Assembly (NCBI GenBank): GCA_965213705.1
Contig: OZ243913.1
Location: 3,872,001 to 3,936,000 of the forward strand
DNA length: 64,000 nt
Reading direction: 5' to 3'
DNA from: Trueperaceae bacterium
GTDB taxonomy: Bacteria > Deinococcota > Deinococci > Deinococcales > Trueperaceae
Shown here one piece after another: positions 36,381 to 46,989 of the stretch. A program made the translations under genes and the position numbers. A model generated the notes under the pieces. The model did no database searches. It had not been told where the DNA came from and worked only from the letters and a program-made list of their open reading frames with translations. Within the stretch, counting starts at the first letter, position 1; each line of letters starts with the position of its first letter.

Positions 36381-38849
36381 ATGAAACATTCGAAGTTTCG
36401 TCTCGCGACGCTCGGCAACTACGCACCGCGGCGTTGCGGCATCGCGACCTTTACGACCGACCTCACCAGTGCCCTGGCGCTGCAAGCCGGGGTCGAGGTG
36501 TTTGCGGTCGCCATGAACGACGACGCGCGTTACGAGTATCCGGAGCGCGTCCGTTTCAGCTTGAACCAAGAAGACTTGGAGGATTACCGCCGGGCGGCCG
36601 ATTTTTTGAACTCGAGCCTTCTCGACGCCGTGCTGTTGCAGCATGAATACGGCATCTTCGGCGGGGCGTCGGGCGCGCACGTGTTGGAGTTGTTGGACCG
36701 CTTGCGCGCGCCGGTCGTGACCACGTTCCACACGATTTTGGAACATCCTTCGGCCGAGCAGTTGGAGGTGCTGACGCAGGTGGCGGCAGCCTCCGCCCGC
36801 GTCGTCACCATGAGCGCGCAGGGCCACGAGTTTTTGCAAACCGTATACGGCGTCCCGGCACGTAAAATCGACTTTATTCACCACGGCGTTCCGGATGTTC
36901 CCTTCAGCGAGCCGCGCGGCAAGGCGGCGTTCGGCCTGGCCGGGCGGCGGGTCGTGCTCACCTTCGGGCTGCTGTCGCCGAACAAGGGCGTCGAGACGGC
37001 AATTTGCGCACTGCCGGAGGTCGCTCGTGCCCACCCGGACGTGATGTACCTCGTCCTCGGCACGACACATCCGCACGTGGTCAAGCACAGCGGCGAAGCG
37101 TACCGGGAAAGTTTGCGGGTGCTGGCCCACGGTTTGGGCGTCGCCGAAAACGTGCGCTTCGACGCCGAGTTCGTCGAGCTGAGCGAGTTGGTCCGCTACA
37201 TCGACATGGCCGACGTGTACGTGACGCCGTACCTGAACCGCGAGCAAATCACCTCGGGCACGCTCGCCTACGCGCTCGGCCTGGGCAAGGCCGTCGTCTC
37301 GACACCGTACTGGTACGCAGAAGAACTGCTGGGCGGCGGGCGCGGCGTGATTGTGCCTTTTAAGGACAGCGCGGCGCTGGCGGAAACCCTGACCTCGCTA
37401 CTCGGCGACGACGCGCGGCGCGACGCGTTGCGGCGGCGCGCTTATGCCTACGGCCGGACGATGGTTTGGAGCGAGGGCGCACGCCACTACCTGCAAAGCG
37501 CCGCGCGCGCGGCAGAGGCAGAGGTTGCGGCGGCTGCGCCGACCGGGCTTGCCACACGCTCCTCTTTGGGCGGTGGCCCGGCGGCGAAGGGGCCGTTAAG
37601 AAGTATTTCGGTGCCGAGTGTTGCGGTATCCAAAGGGTTTGCGTCTCGGCAGCCCCGAGTGCGCTCTTACCCCGTTGGAGCTTCTACCTCGCCCGCTTTC
37701 GACCTGCCTGCTTTCGACCTGCCCGCTTTCGACCTGCGCCACGTCGCAACCCTCACCGACACGACCGGCATCGTGCAGCACGCGACCTACACGGTACCCA
37801 ACTTGCACGAGGGCTACACCACCGACGACAACGCTCGAGCCCTCATGGTGAGCGTGCAAGCGCAGGCGCTGGGTTTGGCCGGTACAGAAACGCTGAACGG
37901 TCTGAGCCACCGCTACCTCGCCTTTTTGAACTACGCCTTCGACCCCGCGACGAAACGCTACCGCAACTTTATGAGCTTCGAGCGCCGCTGGTTGGAACGT
38001 GTCGGGGCCGAGAACGCCCACGCCCGCGCCCTGCGCGCCCTGGCGACGGTGCGGCGGCGCAGCGCCGAACCCGGCCTCGTCGGGACGGCCGAGCGCTTGT
38101 TTGGGGAAAGCGTCGGCCCGGCACTCGACTTTACGAGCCCGCGCGCCTGGGCCCTGACCCTGCTCGCCCTGGCCGAGTTGCCGCCGGAAGCCTTGAACCC
38201 CGACCTCACCGCCTTGGGTGAGGCCTTGCTGGCCCGGCTGCTGCGCCTCTATGACAAAAACACCTCTGCTGACTGGCCCTGGTTCGAGGACCACCTTTGT
38301 TACAGCAACGCCAAACTGCCGCACGGCGTCATCGCTTTCGGAACGGTTCTGGGCGACGAGGCGGCGGTGACGGTGGGTATAAGGGCCTTGAAGTGGCTCG
38401 CCGAGGTGCAAACTGCGCCCGAGGGACACTTCGCGCCAGTCGGCTCCGACCGGGTGTACCGGCCGGGCGACGCCAAACCGCACTTCGACCAGCAACCGGT
38501 CGAGGCCTACGCCAGCGTCGCGGCTTACCTAGCGGCCTACCAGGGCGCACGCGACGAGCGGTGGCTAACCGAGGCCCAGCGGGCGCTGGCCTGGTTTTTC
38601 GGCCGCAACGTTTCAGGCCTGACGCTGCACGACGCCGCCACGGGCGGCTGCCGCGACGGGCTGCACCACGACCGCTTGAACCAAAACGAGGGGGCGGAGT
38701 CCACGCTGTCGCTGTGGTTGGCGGTGCTCGAGTACCACCAGGTCACTGCAGACCTCACCTCACAGAAGGTCGCCGCCGAAAACCCCACCGCTGAGACTGT
38801 CGTTTCTAAAACCGGCGCTTCCAAAACCGGCGCGCTCGAGCCCCGCTAA
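36381..38849 (+). CDS. GT4 glycosyltransferase fused to six-hairpin glycosidase-like domain
   Basis: PRRCGIATF, QHEYGIFG, TFGLLSPNKG.E, SGTL; C-terminal GYTTDDNARAL, FDQQPVEA, NEGAESTL. Confidence 0.9.
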   Translation: MKHSKFRLATLGNYAPRRCGIATFTTDLTSALALQAGVEVFAVAMNDDARYEYPERVRFSLNQEDLEDYRRAADFLNSSLLDAVLLQHEYGIFGGASGAHVLELLDRLRAPVVTTFHTILEHPSAEQLEVLTQVAAASARVVTMSAQGHEFLQTVYGVPARKIDFIHHGVPDVPFSEPRGKAAFGLAGRRVVLTFGLLSPNKGVETAICALPEVARAHPDVMYLVLGTTHPHVVKHSGEAYRESLRVLAHGLGVAENVRFDAEFVELSELVRYIDMADVYVTPYLNREQITSGTLAYALGLGKAVVSTPYWYAEELLGGGRGVIVPFKDSAALAETLTSLLGDDARRDALRRRAYAYGRTMVWSEGARHYLQSAARAAEAEVAAAAPTGLATRSSLGGGPAAKGPLRSISVPSVAVSKGFASRQPRVRSYPVGASTSPAFDLPAFDLPAFDLRHVATLTDTTGIVQHATYTVPNLHEGYTTDDNARALMVSVQAQALGLAGTETLNGLSHRYLAFLNYAFDPATKRYRNFMSFERRWLERVGAENAHARALRALATVRRRSAEPGLVGTAERLFGESVGPALDFTSPRAWALTLLALAELPPEALNPDLTALGEALLARLLRLYDKNTSADWPWFEDHLCYSNAKLPHGVIAFGTVLGDEAAVTVGIRALKWLAEVQTAPEGHFAPVGSDRVYRPGDAKPHFDQQPVEAYASVAAYLAAYQGARDERWLTEAQRALAWFFGRNVSGLTLHDAATGGCRDGLHHDRLNQNEGAESTLSLWLAVLEYHQVTADLTSQKVAAENPTAETVVSKTGASKTGALEPR

Positions 38850-38851
38850 CC

Positions 38852-39859
38852 GTGCGCGTCGCCATGCTCGCGCCCATCGCCTGGCGCACCCCGCCGCGCC
38901 ACTACGGGCCGTGGGAGCGCGTGGTGTCGCTCTTGACCGAAGAGTTGGTGCGGCTGGGCGTCGACGTGACCCTGTTCGCCACCTTGGACTCGCAGACCGC
39001 GGCCAAGTTGGACGGCGTCTGCCCGCGCCCCTACGAAGAGGACAAAACGCTCGACGCCAAGGTTTGGGAATGCTTACACATCGCCCACGCGTTCGAACGT
39101 GCGGCCGAGTTCGAAATCATCCACAACCACTTCGACTTTTTGCCGCTGTCTTACAGCGGCCTCGTCAACACACCCGTACTGACGACCATTCACGGTTTTT
39201 CGTCGGAGCGCATCCTGCCGGTTTACAAGCGTTACGACGAGGGCGCGCACTACGTCGCCATCAGCGACGCCGACCGCCACCCCGGCCTGAGTTACGAGGC
39301 GACCGTGTACCACGGCATCGACTTTGGCGAATTCACGCTGCGGGAGACGCCCGGCGACTACCTCCTCTTTTTCGGACGCATCCATAGGGACAAGGGCGCG
39401 GCGGAGGCTATAGAAGTGGCGCGGCGGAGCGGCCGTCCGCTCAAACTCGCAGGCATTGTTCAAGACAAAACGTATTTCAAGCAGGAGGTCGAGCCGCACC
39501 TCGGGCTGGACGTAGAGTACCTGGGTTCGGTCGGGCCGAGGGAGCGGAACGCGCTGTTGGGTGGGGCCTACGCGCTACTGCACCTCATCAACTTCGACGA
39601 GCCCTTCGGCTTGTCGATGGTCGAGGCGATGGCCTGCGGCACGCCGGTCGTGGCGACCGCGCGGGGCTCGGTGCGTGAAGTCGTGGACGACGGCGTGACG
39701 GGTTTTGCGGTCAGGAACCCGGTCGAGGCCGCGGCGGCGCTCGAGCGCGTATCCGGTTTGGACCGCGCCCAGGTGCGCGCCCACGCCCAGACACGTTTCG
39801 ACGTGTGTCAAATGGCTCACAGTTATTTGAACGTCTACAAGGGCATTCTAGGAGCATGA
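38852..39859 (+). CDS. GT4 glycosyltransferase
   Basis: PPRHYGPWE, FFGRIH.DKG, EPFGLSMVEAMACGTPV. Confidence 0.92.
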   Translation: MRVAMLAPIAWRTPPRHYGPWERVVSLLTEELVRLGVDVTLFATLDSQTAAKLDGVCPRPYEEDKTLDAKVWECLHIAHAFERAAEFEIIHNHFDFLPLSYSGLVNTPVLTTIHGFSSERILPVYKRYDEGAHYVAISDADRHPGLSYEATVYHGIDFGEFTLRETPGDYLLFFGRIHRDKGAAEAIEVARRSGRPLKLAGIVQDKTYFKQEVEPHLGLDVEYLGSVGPRERNALLGGAYALLHLINFDEPFGLSMVEAMACGTPVVATARGSVREVVDDGVTGFAVRNPVEAAAALERVSGLDRAQVRAHAQTRFDVCQMAHSYLNVYKGILGA

Positions 39860-40839
39860 TTCAGTCCTCCAAACGACCGACCGAGCTGTTCGAACGCGTT
39901 CCGGAAAACCCCGTCCTTACCGCCAACATGTGGCCGTACCCGGCCAACACGGTGTTCAACCCCGGCGCCACCCGGCTCAAAGACGGCAGCACGCTGCTCT
40001 TGGTGCGCGTCGAGGACATGCGCGGTTTGTCCCACCTGTGCGCCGCCAGGAGCCAAAACGGCGTGGACGGCTGGAGCATCGACCCCAAGCCGACTTTCGC
40101 CCCGCACCCGCATCACCCTGAAGAAGAGTGGGGCGTCGAAGACCCGCGCGTCACCTATCTGCCCGACAAAGACGCTTACGGCGTGCTCTACACCGCTTAC
40201 TCCCACCGCGGGCCGGGCGTCGCGCTGGCCCTGACCGAGGATTTTCGCAGTTTCGAACGCTACGGCCTCATTTTTCCGCCCGAAGACAAGGACGCCGCGC
40301 TGTTCCCGCGGCAAATCGACGGGCGCTGGTGGGCGATTCACCGTCCGGTCACGTCGATGGGGGCGCACATGTTTTTGTCGAGTTCGCCCGACCTGAGAAA
40401 CTGGGGCCAAAGCCGCTGCATTTTAGAAGCGCGCCGCGGCCCCTGGTGGGACGGCGTCAAGGTGGGTTTGTCCGCGCCGCCTATCGAAACCGAAAAAGGC
40501 TGGCTGCTCGTCTACCACGGCGTCAAGCTGACCGGCGGCGGGGTGCTGTACCGCAACGGGCTAGCTTTGTTCGACCTGGACGACCCAGGGCTTTTGCTGC
40601 TGCGCTCCGCGCCGTGGGTGTTCGGCCCCCGCGACGTGTTTGAGCGCGTCGGTGACGTCGACCACGTCGTTTTTCCGTGCGGCTACACGGTTTCGGACGA
40701 CGGCGACACCCTGAACCTCTACTACGGCGCGGCGGACTCCTCGGTCGGGCTGGTCAGGGCAAGCCTGAACGAACTGTTGGCGTGGCTGGAAGAAAACGGC
40801 CAACCCCACCCCCTGCGCCGGCGCGGAGACGCGGGTTAG
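39856..40839 (+). CDS. GH130-family glycosidase/phosphorylase
   Basis: FNPGA, GVEDPRVT, DKDAALFP, HRP, GWLLVYHGV, VVFPCG, YYGAAD; ATGA coupling. Confidence 0.9.
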   Translation: MIQSSKRPTELFERVPENPVLTANMWPYPANTVFNPGATRLKDGSTLLLVRVEDMRGLSHLCAARSQNGVDGWSIDPKPTFAPHPHHPEEEWGVEDPRVTYLPDKDAYGVLYTAYSHRGPGVALALTEDFRSFERYGLIFPPEDKDAALFPRQIDGRWWAIHRPVTSMGAHMFLSSSPDLRNWGQSRCILEARRGPWWDGVKVGLSAPPIETEKGWLLVYHGVKLTGGGVLYRNGLALFDLDDPGLLLLRSAPWVFGPRDVFERVGDVDHVVFPCGYTVSDDGDTLNLYYGAADSSVGLVRASLNELLAWLEENGQPHPLRRRGDAG

Positions 40840-41076
40840 GTGCCGTTGAATTTTTGACCGGCCGTTACGGTTTTTACCGTGCTGTAGAAGGAAGTTGTAG
40901 GAAGAAGGTTGCGGAGTGGGGGCTCGTTACGTCTGTCACGAGGTTGGGCCTCTCAAAAGACAAACCTCGTTGACAGCCTGGGGCGAGCCCCCGCTCGAGC
41001 CCGACTTTTTCAGGGGCCCGTGCGCTAAACTAGGGTTTCTTCGGGCGATTCGTCACCGGACGGAAGGGAGGGCGTC

Positions 41077-41325
41077 GTGGAAACGGTCCAAAACACGCTT
41101 CAGGTCCACCGGGCTGACCTGTTGCAGTTGCCCAACGTGGTCGGCGTGGGCGTGGGCGAGCGGGCGGGACAAACGGTCATCAAGGTGTTGGTGACGCACA
41201 AGGTCTCGAGCGCGGAACTGCAACCCCACGAGCGCGTGCCCGCCACGCTCGGCGCGTTCCGCTGCGACGTCGAAGAGGTCGGCGTGCTGCAGGCCGGCGC
41301 GGTGCAAACCGAGGTGCCCCGGTGA
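41077..41325 (+). CDS. Small protein homologous to the N-terminal domain of the downstream protease
   Basis: LPNVVGVGVG...VLVTHK...VP..L....DV..VG; GGGAGGG RBS; GTGA overlap with next gene. Confidence 0.75.
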   Translation: METVQNTLQVHRADLLQLPNVVGVGVGERAGQTVIKVLVTHKVSSAELQPHERVPATLGAFRCDVEEVGVLQAGAVQTEVPR

Positions 41326-42365
41326 ACCCAGAGCCAAAAATGGTTTTGTCGGCGACGGCGCAGGCCGAGATGGCCGGAGCCGTAGTCGAACTGCAGCCTC
41401 AGGTTTTGAGCCCGGCCGTTTACCCGAACGTCGTCGGGCTAGGCGTCGGGGTGAAGTGGACGAAAGGCCAGCCGACCGGCAAGGCGGCCCTGATTGTGCT
41501 CGTCACGCAAAAGTTGCCCAAGACCCTGCTCGCCAAAACCGCCTTCGTGCCCACCAAGCTGGGCGACGTGCCGACCGACGTCCTCGCCGTCGGCTACCCG
41601 TTTGCGGGGGCGCGCAACCCTTTGGGCGTCGGGGTCCAGACCCTCGCCACGCGCCAGCGCCCGGTCAAGGGCGGCTACAGCGTCGGGCACTTCGCCGTTA
41701 CCGCGGGTACGGCGGCAACGTGCGTGTACGACCTGTTGCCGGGAAGCTCCTCGAGCCCGCCCCAACACGGCGTCGGGGTGCCGGTTAGGTACTACATCCT
41801 GTCGAACAACCACGTGCTCGCCAACACCAACGCGGCCACCCTCGGCGACCCAGTCTTGCAACCCGGCCCCTTCGACGGCGGCAGCGACCCCGCCGACATC
41901 GTCGCGCGACTCAGCCGCTACGTGCCCATCGACCTCACCCCCGCCAAACCCTTGGAAGAGCACCGCAACTTAGTAGACGCCGCCGTCGCCGAGGGTGACT
42001 TTGCCGACCTGAGCCGCGAGGTGTACTGGAGCGGACACGTGCGCGGCTGGCAGCCGCGGGACCGGGTCACGGTCGGCGCGGTGCTCAAAAAGACCGGCCG
42101 CACCACGCACTTCACCACCGGCCGCGTCACCGTCGTGGACGCCACTATAGACGTGAACTACGGCGAGGGTCGGGTAGGACGCTTTACAGACCAGGTCGTC
42201 ACCACGCCCATGTCCGCCGGGGGCGATTCGGGCTCGCTGGTGATGTCGCTCGAGAACGCCGCCGTGGGGCTGCTGTTCGCAGGCTCGCCCCAGTCGACGA
42301 TTTTCAGCCACATCGAGCACGTCCGCTCGCTGCTCAGGGTCGAGGTGGCGGAACAGGTGCTTTAG
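41322..42365 (+). CDS. Trypsin-like serine protease (Nal1-like architecture)
   Basis: LSNNHVL (His), VDAA (Asp), GGDSGS (Ser), QPG..DGG, KKTGRTT..T.G. Confidence 0.85.
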   Translation: MNPEPKMVLSATAQAEMAGAVVELQPQVLSPAVYPNVVGLGVGVKWTKGQPTGKAALIVLVTQKLPKTLLAKTAFVPTKLGDVPTDVLAVGYPFAGARNPLGVGVQTLATRQRPVKGGYSVGHFAVTAGTAATCVYDLLPGSSSSPPQHGVGVPVRYYILSNNHVLANTNAATLGDPVLQPGPFDGGSDPADIVARLSRYVPIDLTPAKPLEEHRNLVDAAVAEGDFADLSREVYWSGHVRGWQPRDRVTVGAVLKKTGRTTHFTTGRVTVVDATIDVNYGEGRVGRFTDQVVTTPMSAGGDSGSLVMSLENAAVGLLFAGSPQSTIFSHIEHVRSLLRVEVAEQVL

Positions 42366-42712
42366 GTCGGGTTGATACGGCTTCCGATATTACAGCTTCC
42401 TTTGGAGGAGTTCGCTTTATCGCTAGTCCGTATTTCTTCTCGCTCTGCCCGCATTTGATTCCGAGAGAATCAAATGGAAAGGGTGTGAGGTTCCGGGTCG
42501 CGCATAGGGCTTGCCGTACGGCTGGAAGTAACAAGCCTCTGAAACGTTGTCAGGGGCGGCACTCGCTATGAGCTTGGGAGAGTTTCTCGAGCCCGAGCAG
42601 CGTGAGTTCGCGCTTGACCCGGATTTAGAGGCGTTCGAAGGGCGGCTTGGACGTGCGTTTGTAAACCACGGCGCGGAAGCGTTCGTCCTCAAACTCCGCC
42701 CGCACCCGCGCC

Positions 42713-43834
42713 TCAGCAACAGTGCGCCGTGAGCATCTTCGTGTAGACAACCTGCGCGCGCTCCAACTGGGCGACTTCGACAAACTCGCCCACGGTGTGC
42801 GCCTGCTGAATACTGCCCGGCCCGAGCATGACGAGCGGCAGGTGCTTGTGCAGCACGAGCGCGTCGGTGCCGTAGGGGACGGTGACGGCCCGGTTCGCGC
42901 CGGTCGCCTCGAGGGTGAGTTTGACGACCTCGGCATCTTGCGGCGTGTAAAACGCCTCGTAGCCGCTGTGCTCGACTTCGAACCCGTAAGCCTGAGCTTT
43001 TTTCGTGACGATGTCGACAACCTCCGCCGCGTTACCCTGCGGCGTCGAACGGAAGGTGAGGGTGGCGACCGTCTTGGCGGCGGTCACGTTCGTGGCGCAG
43101 TCGCCGTCGTTCAGGGTCAGGTTGAAGCCGTTGGTCGGCGGGTCGAACTCATCGTCTTGAAAACGCGGGTCGGTCATAAAGGTTTGTCTCAACTCGGCCA
43201 TGTCGGCCAAAAACGGTGCGATTAAGAAGTTCGCCGACACGCCCTGGTCGGTGCTGGTGTGGGCCGCCGCGCCGTGCGCGGTCACGACGACGTGGTAGCC
43301 GCCCTTGTGCGCGTGAACGGGCTGCAACTCGGTCGGCTCGGCGACGACGCCCAAACTGGGCCAGCCGTGCTCGGCGAACGTTTTCGACTCGGCAAGCTGT
43401 TTCGCACCGCCGAAGCCGCTTTCTTCGTCGGCGGTCACGACGATGTAGACGGGTTTTTTGAGGGTGGCCGCGTCCACACTCGCCGCGGCGAGCAGCGTCG
43501 CGGCGAGCGGGCCTTTCATGTCGCAGCTGCCGCGCCCGTAGAGCTTGCCGTCCTTGACCTCGGGAGTGAACGGTCGCCACAGCTTTTCGTCCGCCGGCAC
43601 CACGTCCGAGTGCGAAAAAAAGCCGAGCCCGCCCCGACCCACACCCCGCCTGGCGACGAGGCTGACTTTGAGGACACCGTTCTCGTCGCGGTAGGAGAGC
43701 CGTTCCACCTCGAAACCGTAACCCGTCAAAACCTCTTCCAGAACCTCGCTGACGGCCACGTTGCCGTCGCGGCTCACCGAGGGGATTTCGACAAGGCGGC
43801 TCGCCAATGCGACGACTTCAGAAGGTGTGTTCAT
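42713..43834 (-). CDS. M20 family metallopeptidase (ArgE-like deacetylase)
   Basis: SHSDVVP, GRGSCDMKG, DEE, GPG....AH...E. Confidence 0.9.
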   Translation of the reverse strand: MNTPSEVVALASRLVEIPSVSRDGNVAVSEVLEEVLTGYGFEVERLSYRDENGVLKVSLVARRGVGRGGLGFFSHSDVVPADEKLWRPFTPEVKDGKLYGRGSCDMKGPLAATLLAAASVDAATLKKPVYIVVTADEESGFGGAKQLAESKTFAEHGWPSLGVVAEPTELQPVHAHKGGYHVVVTAHGAAAHTSTDQGVSANFLIAPFLADMAELRQTFMTDPRFQDDEFDPPTNGFNLTLNDGDCATNVTAAKTVATLTFRSTPQGNAAEVVDIVTKKAQAYGFEVEHSGYEAFYTPQDAEVVKLTLEATGANRAVTVPYGTDALVLHKHLPLVMLGPGSIQQAHTVGEFVEVAQLERAQVVYTKMLTAHCC

Positions 43835-44001
43835 ACCCGCATCGTACCCCGGCGGTGAGCCGGACGCGCTTTTTACTCACTTTACGCAGGCCGTTTCCGG
43901 CAGGGACGAGCACAAAGAGTAAGGAGTTCAGAAAGGAAAATACACCGGGTGTTCTGCATTCGCCACACTGCATTTCCAACTTTCTCAGCCCGGGCGCGGG
44001 C

Positions 44002-44433
44002 TCACGCTAGGTGCGGGCGCAGTTTTTGCAGCAGCGGCCCTTTGGGCGTCGCGCCGACAAAAGTATCGACCGCCGCGCCGTTTTTGAACACCATCAACAT
44101 GGGAATGCTCTGCGCCCGGTAACGGCTCGAGGTCGCCGGGTTCTCGTCCACGTTGAGTTTGACGACTTTGAGTTGTCCGGCTAAGTCTCGAGACAACTCT
44201 TCCAACACCGGCGCTATGGTTCGGCACGGCCCGCACCAGGGTGCCCAAAAGTCCACCAGCACCGGCACGGCCGCGTCCAGTTCGCTCGCAAAAGAAGCGT
44301 CGGTCGCGCTGACCAACCAGGGCAAGGTGTGAGCGCACTTGCCGCAGACCGGGAGTTGGCCGGGGGGCGGAGTTTTCAAACGGTTTTTCGCGCCGCAGTT
44401 GGGGCACGCTACGATGTGTGCAGGGGTATCCAT
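44002..44433 (-). CDS. trxC: Thioredoxin 2 (Zn-finger thioredoxin)
   Basis: CPNC/CGKC Zn ribbon plus DFWAPWCGPC. Confidence 0.9.
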   Translation of the reverse strand: MDTPAHIVACPNCGAKNRLKTPPPGQLPVCGKCAHTLPWLVSATDASFASELDAAVPVLVDFWAPWCGPCRTIAPVLEELSRDLAGQLKVVKLNVDENPATSSRYRAQSIPMLMVFKNGAAVDTFVGATPKGPLLQKLRPHLA

Positions 44434-44767
44434 AAACGCCAGTTTACAAAGTCCTGGGTCTCGACCCAAAGACGCTCGCTACGTCCAAGCCGGGCTCGAG
44501 CGAACTGCAACAACGCCGGGCGAAAAAGGAAGTTGGCTGCGAGCAAATCCTCAACGCCGTTGACGGTTCGACGCTCAAAAACCCGTACGGCGCAACTGGT
44601 TGTCAGCCTGTCTCGCCACACGCGCCCGTTGCCAAAAAACACCGCGAAGCCCCCAAACCCCTCGCCCCGAACCCCGCGAATGTCGGCGGCGCTCGAGTTC
44701 GTCGGCTCCGGCGTTTGCTAGACTTTCGGCAAGTCGGGTCGAAAGAACCCGGAGATTGGGGCAAACG

Positions 44768-46288
44768 ATGAACGACGATCAAAAGAAGAACTCGGCTGAC
44801 GATGCCAAGTTGACGAACCGCCAGGGTCACTCGGTCTACAACAACCAGAGCCAGCGGACCGTCGGCGACCGCGGCCCGGCGACCCTCGAGAACTACCAGT
44901 TTTTGGAAAAAATCAGCCACTTCGACCGCGAACGCATTCCCGAGCGGGTGGTTCACGCGCGGGGCTTTGTCGCCCACGGCGTGTTCGAGGCTTACGGAAC
45001 CATCGGCGACGAGCCGGCGTCTAAGTACACGCGGGCCAAGCTGTTCCAAGAAAAAGGCAAAGAGACGCCCGTCGTCATTCGTTTCTCGACCGTCATTGGC
45101 GGGCGCGACTCGGCCGAGACCGCTCGAGACCCGCGCGGTTTTGCGGTGAAGTTCAAGACCGAGGACGGCAACTGGGACTTGGTCGGCAACAACCTCCCCG
45201 TTTTTTTCATCCGCGACGCGATTAAATTCCCCGACGTGATTCACGCCCTCAAACCCGACCCGGTGACGTTTCGGCAAGAGCCGAACCGAATCTTCGACTT
45301 TATGAGCCTGACGCCCGAGTCGATGCACATGCTGACTTTCCTGTTCAGCCCGCGCGGCATCCCCAAAAACTACCGCACCCAAGAGGGCTTCGGCGTGAAC
45401 ACTTACAAGATGGTTGCCGCCGACGGTACGGGCGTGCTGGTGAAGTACCATTGGAAAACGCAGCAGGGCATCGAATCGCTGACCCAAGAGCAGGCCAACG
45501 CGATTCAGGCGACCGACTTAGGCCACGCCTCGAAAGACCTGTACGAAGCCATCGAGTCGGGCGACTACCCGCAGTGGGAACTCTGCGTGCAAGTCATGAG
45601 CGACGACGAGCACATTGAACTCGACTACGACCCGCTCGACGACACCAAAACCTGGGACGAGGAGCAGTTCCCCCTCCTCCCGGTCGGCATGATGACCTTG
45701 AACCGCAACGTCGACGACTTTTTTGCCGAGGCCGAGCAGGTCGCCTTTGGGACCGGCGTGTTGGTCGACGGGCTGGACTTCTCCGACGACAAGATGCTCG
45801 TCGGACGTACCTTTTCCTACTCGGACACGCAGCGCTACCGGGTGGGGCCGAACTACCTGCAACTGCCCATCAACCAGCCCACGGGCGCGGTCCACACCAA
45901 CCAGCGCGACGGGCAGATGGCCTACTACGTCGACCGCGGCGCTGAAAACCCGCACGTGAATTACGAGCCCTCGAGCCTAGGCGGTCTCCATGAAGCCACC
46001 CCGAACGGCCCCGAGCACCAACCCTATGTAGAGGGCAAAGTCGGCCGTCAAGTCCTGGAGCGCACCAACGACTATGTCCAAGCGGGCGAGCGCTACCGCA
46101 CCATGCCCGACTGGGAGCGCGAAGACCTTGTCAAAAACATGATTGATAACCTCATGCAGTGCGAGGAGCATATTCAAGAGCGGATGGTTGAGCACTTTAC
46201 GCAGTGCGACGAGGATTTCGGCACGCGCGTTGCTGAAGGTTTGAAGAAGATGGATATGATGGAAGACGAGGCGGTGTCGGCGGACTGA
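44768..46288 (+). CDS. Monofunctional heme catalase
   Basis: [43 protein letters not shown]. Confidence 0.97.
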   Translation: MNDDQKKNSADDAKLTNRQGHSVYNNQSQRTVGDRGPATLENYQFLEKISHFDRERIPERVVHARGFVAHGVFEAYGTIGDEPASKYTRAKLFQEKGKETPVVIRFSTVIGGRDSAETARDPRGFAVKFKTEDGNWDLVGNNLPVFFIRDAIKFPDVIHALKPDPVTFRQEPNRIFDFMSLTPESMHMLTFLFSPRGIPKNYRTQEGFGVNTYKMVAADGTGVLVKYHWKTQQGIESLTQEQANAIQATDLGHASKDLYEAIESGDYPQWELCVQVMSDDEHIELDYDPLDDTKTWDEEQFPLLPVGMMTLNRNVDDFFAEAEQVAFGTGVLVDGLDFSDDKMLVGRTFSYSDTQRYRVGPNYLQLPINQPTGAVHTNQRDGQMAYYVDRGAENPHVNYEPSSLGGLHEATPNGPEHQPYVEGKVGRQVLERTNDYVQAGERYRTMPDWEREDLVKNMIDNLMQCEEHIQERMVEHFTQCDEDFGTRVAEGLKKMDMMEDEAVSAD

Positions 46289-46393
46289 CGGCAGGAGGAC
46301 GGAGGAGCAGGGGAGCGGAGGAGAAAAAAGAGTTTAGCTTCCCTGCTTTTTCTCGAGTCCAGCCTGTCTTTTATTCAAAAATCAAAGGGCATT

Positions 46394-46936
46394 GTGATTC
46401 CGGTCGGTTACATGGCTAAAAAAATAGTGGCGAGACCCGAGTGGTTGAGCAGTGAAAATATCGCCGACATCTACTCGGTGAGTAACTGCGCCTCCGACGC
46501 CTTTGCGGATTACATCAAGTTTTGGAGGCACAACGGGTACTGGTTTTTCGACTCACCTTCGGTTGTTGAAGAAATAGCCGGGTCGGAGTCGCTAGATTTG
46601 ACCGGAACCACGATGTTTTACTACGAAATGTACGAACAACAGTTCGATAGGTTCGAGCGCGAGTGGAGCGACGTCGTACCCGAACCGTCCTTCGCAACTC
46701 ACGTCCTCGTCCCCAGTGAAAAGCGGCTCGAGGGCTTCGACGTGGTGACTTATTCCGGGGGTACGTCGCCCCAATGCTCACCGCTCTCGTGCAATTCTTT
46801 AGCCGATGAAGTCGAAGTAAACCGCCACTGTTTACTCAGTTCTTTTGAAACGGCAAAGCATCTTATCGAAAGTGGCCTGCTCGAAGGTTGTTCACCTGGT
46901 CCTGCAGGGATGGTGGCAGTTTATACCCTGCCATAG
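46394..46936 (+). CDS. Hypothetical protein
   Basis: 180-aa ORF, lower GC, CSPLSCN motif; function not recognised. Confidence 0.7.
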   Translation: MIPVGYMAKKIVARPEWLSSENIADIYSVSNCASDAFADYIKFWRHNGYWFFDSPSVVEEIAGSESLDLTGTTMFYYEMYEQQFDRFEREWSDVVPEPSFATHVLVPSEKRLEGFDVVTYSGGTSPQCSPLSCNSLADEVEVNRHCLLSSFETAKHLIESGLLEGCSPGPAGMVAVYTLP

Positions 46937-46989
46937 GTTTTGACTTTTCGGTGCGCCTCGAGCCCCCACCTTTTTGCTAAACTCACACC

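Noticed and set aside
42366..42712. Short ORFs between the protease and the M20 gene
   Set aside because: No convincing start signals or motifs.
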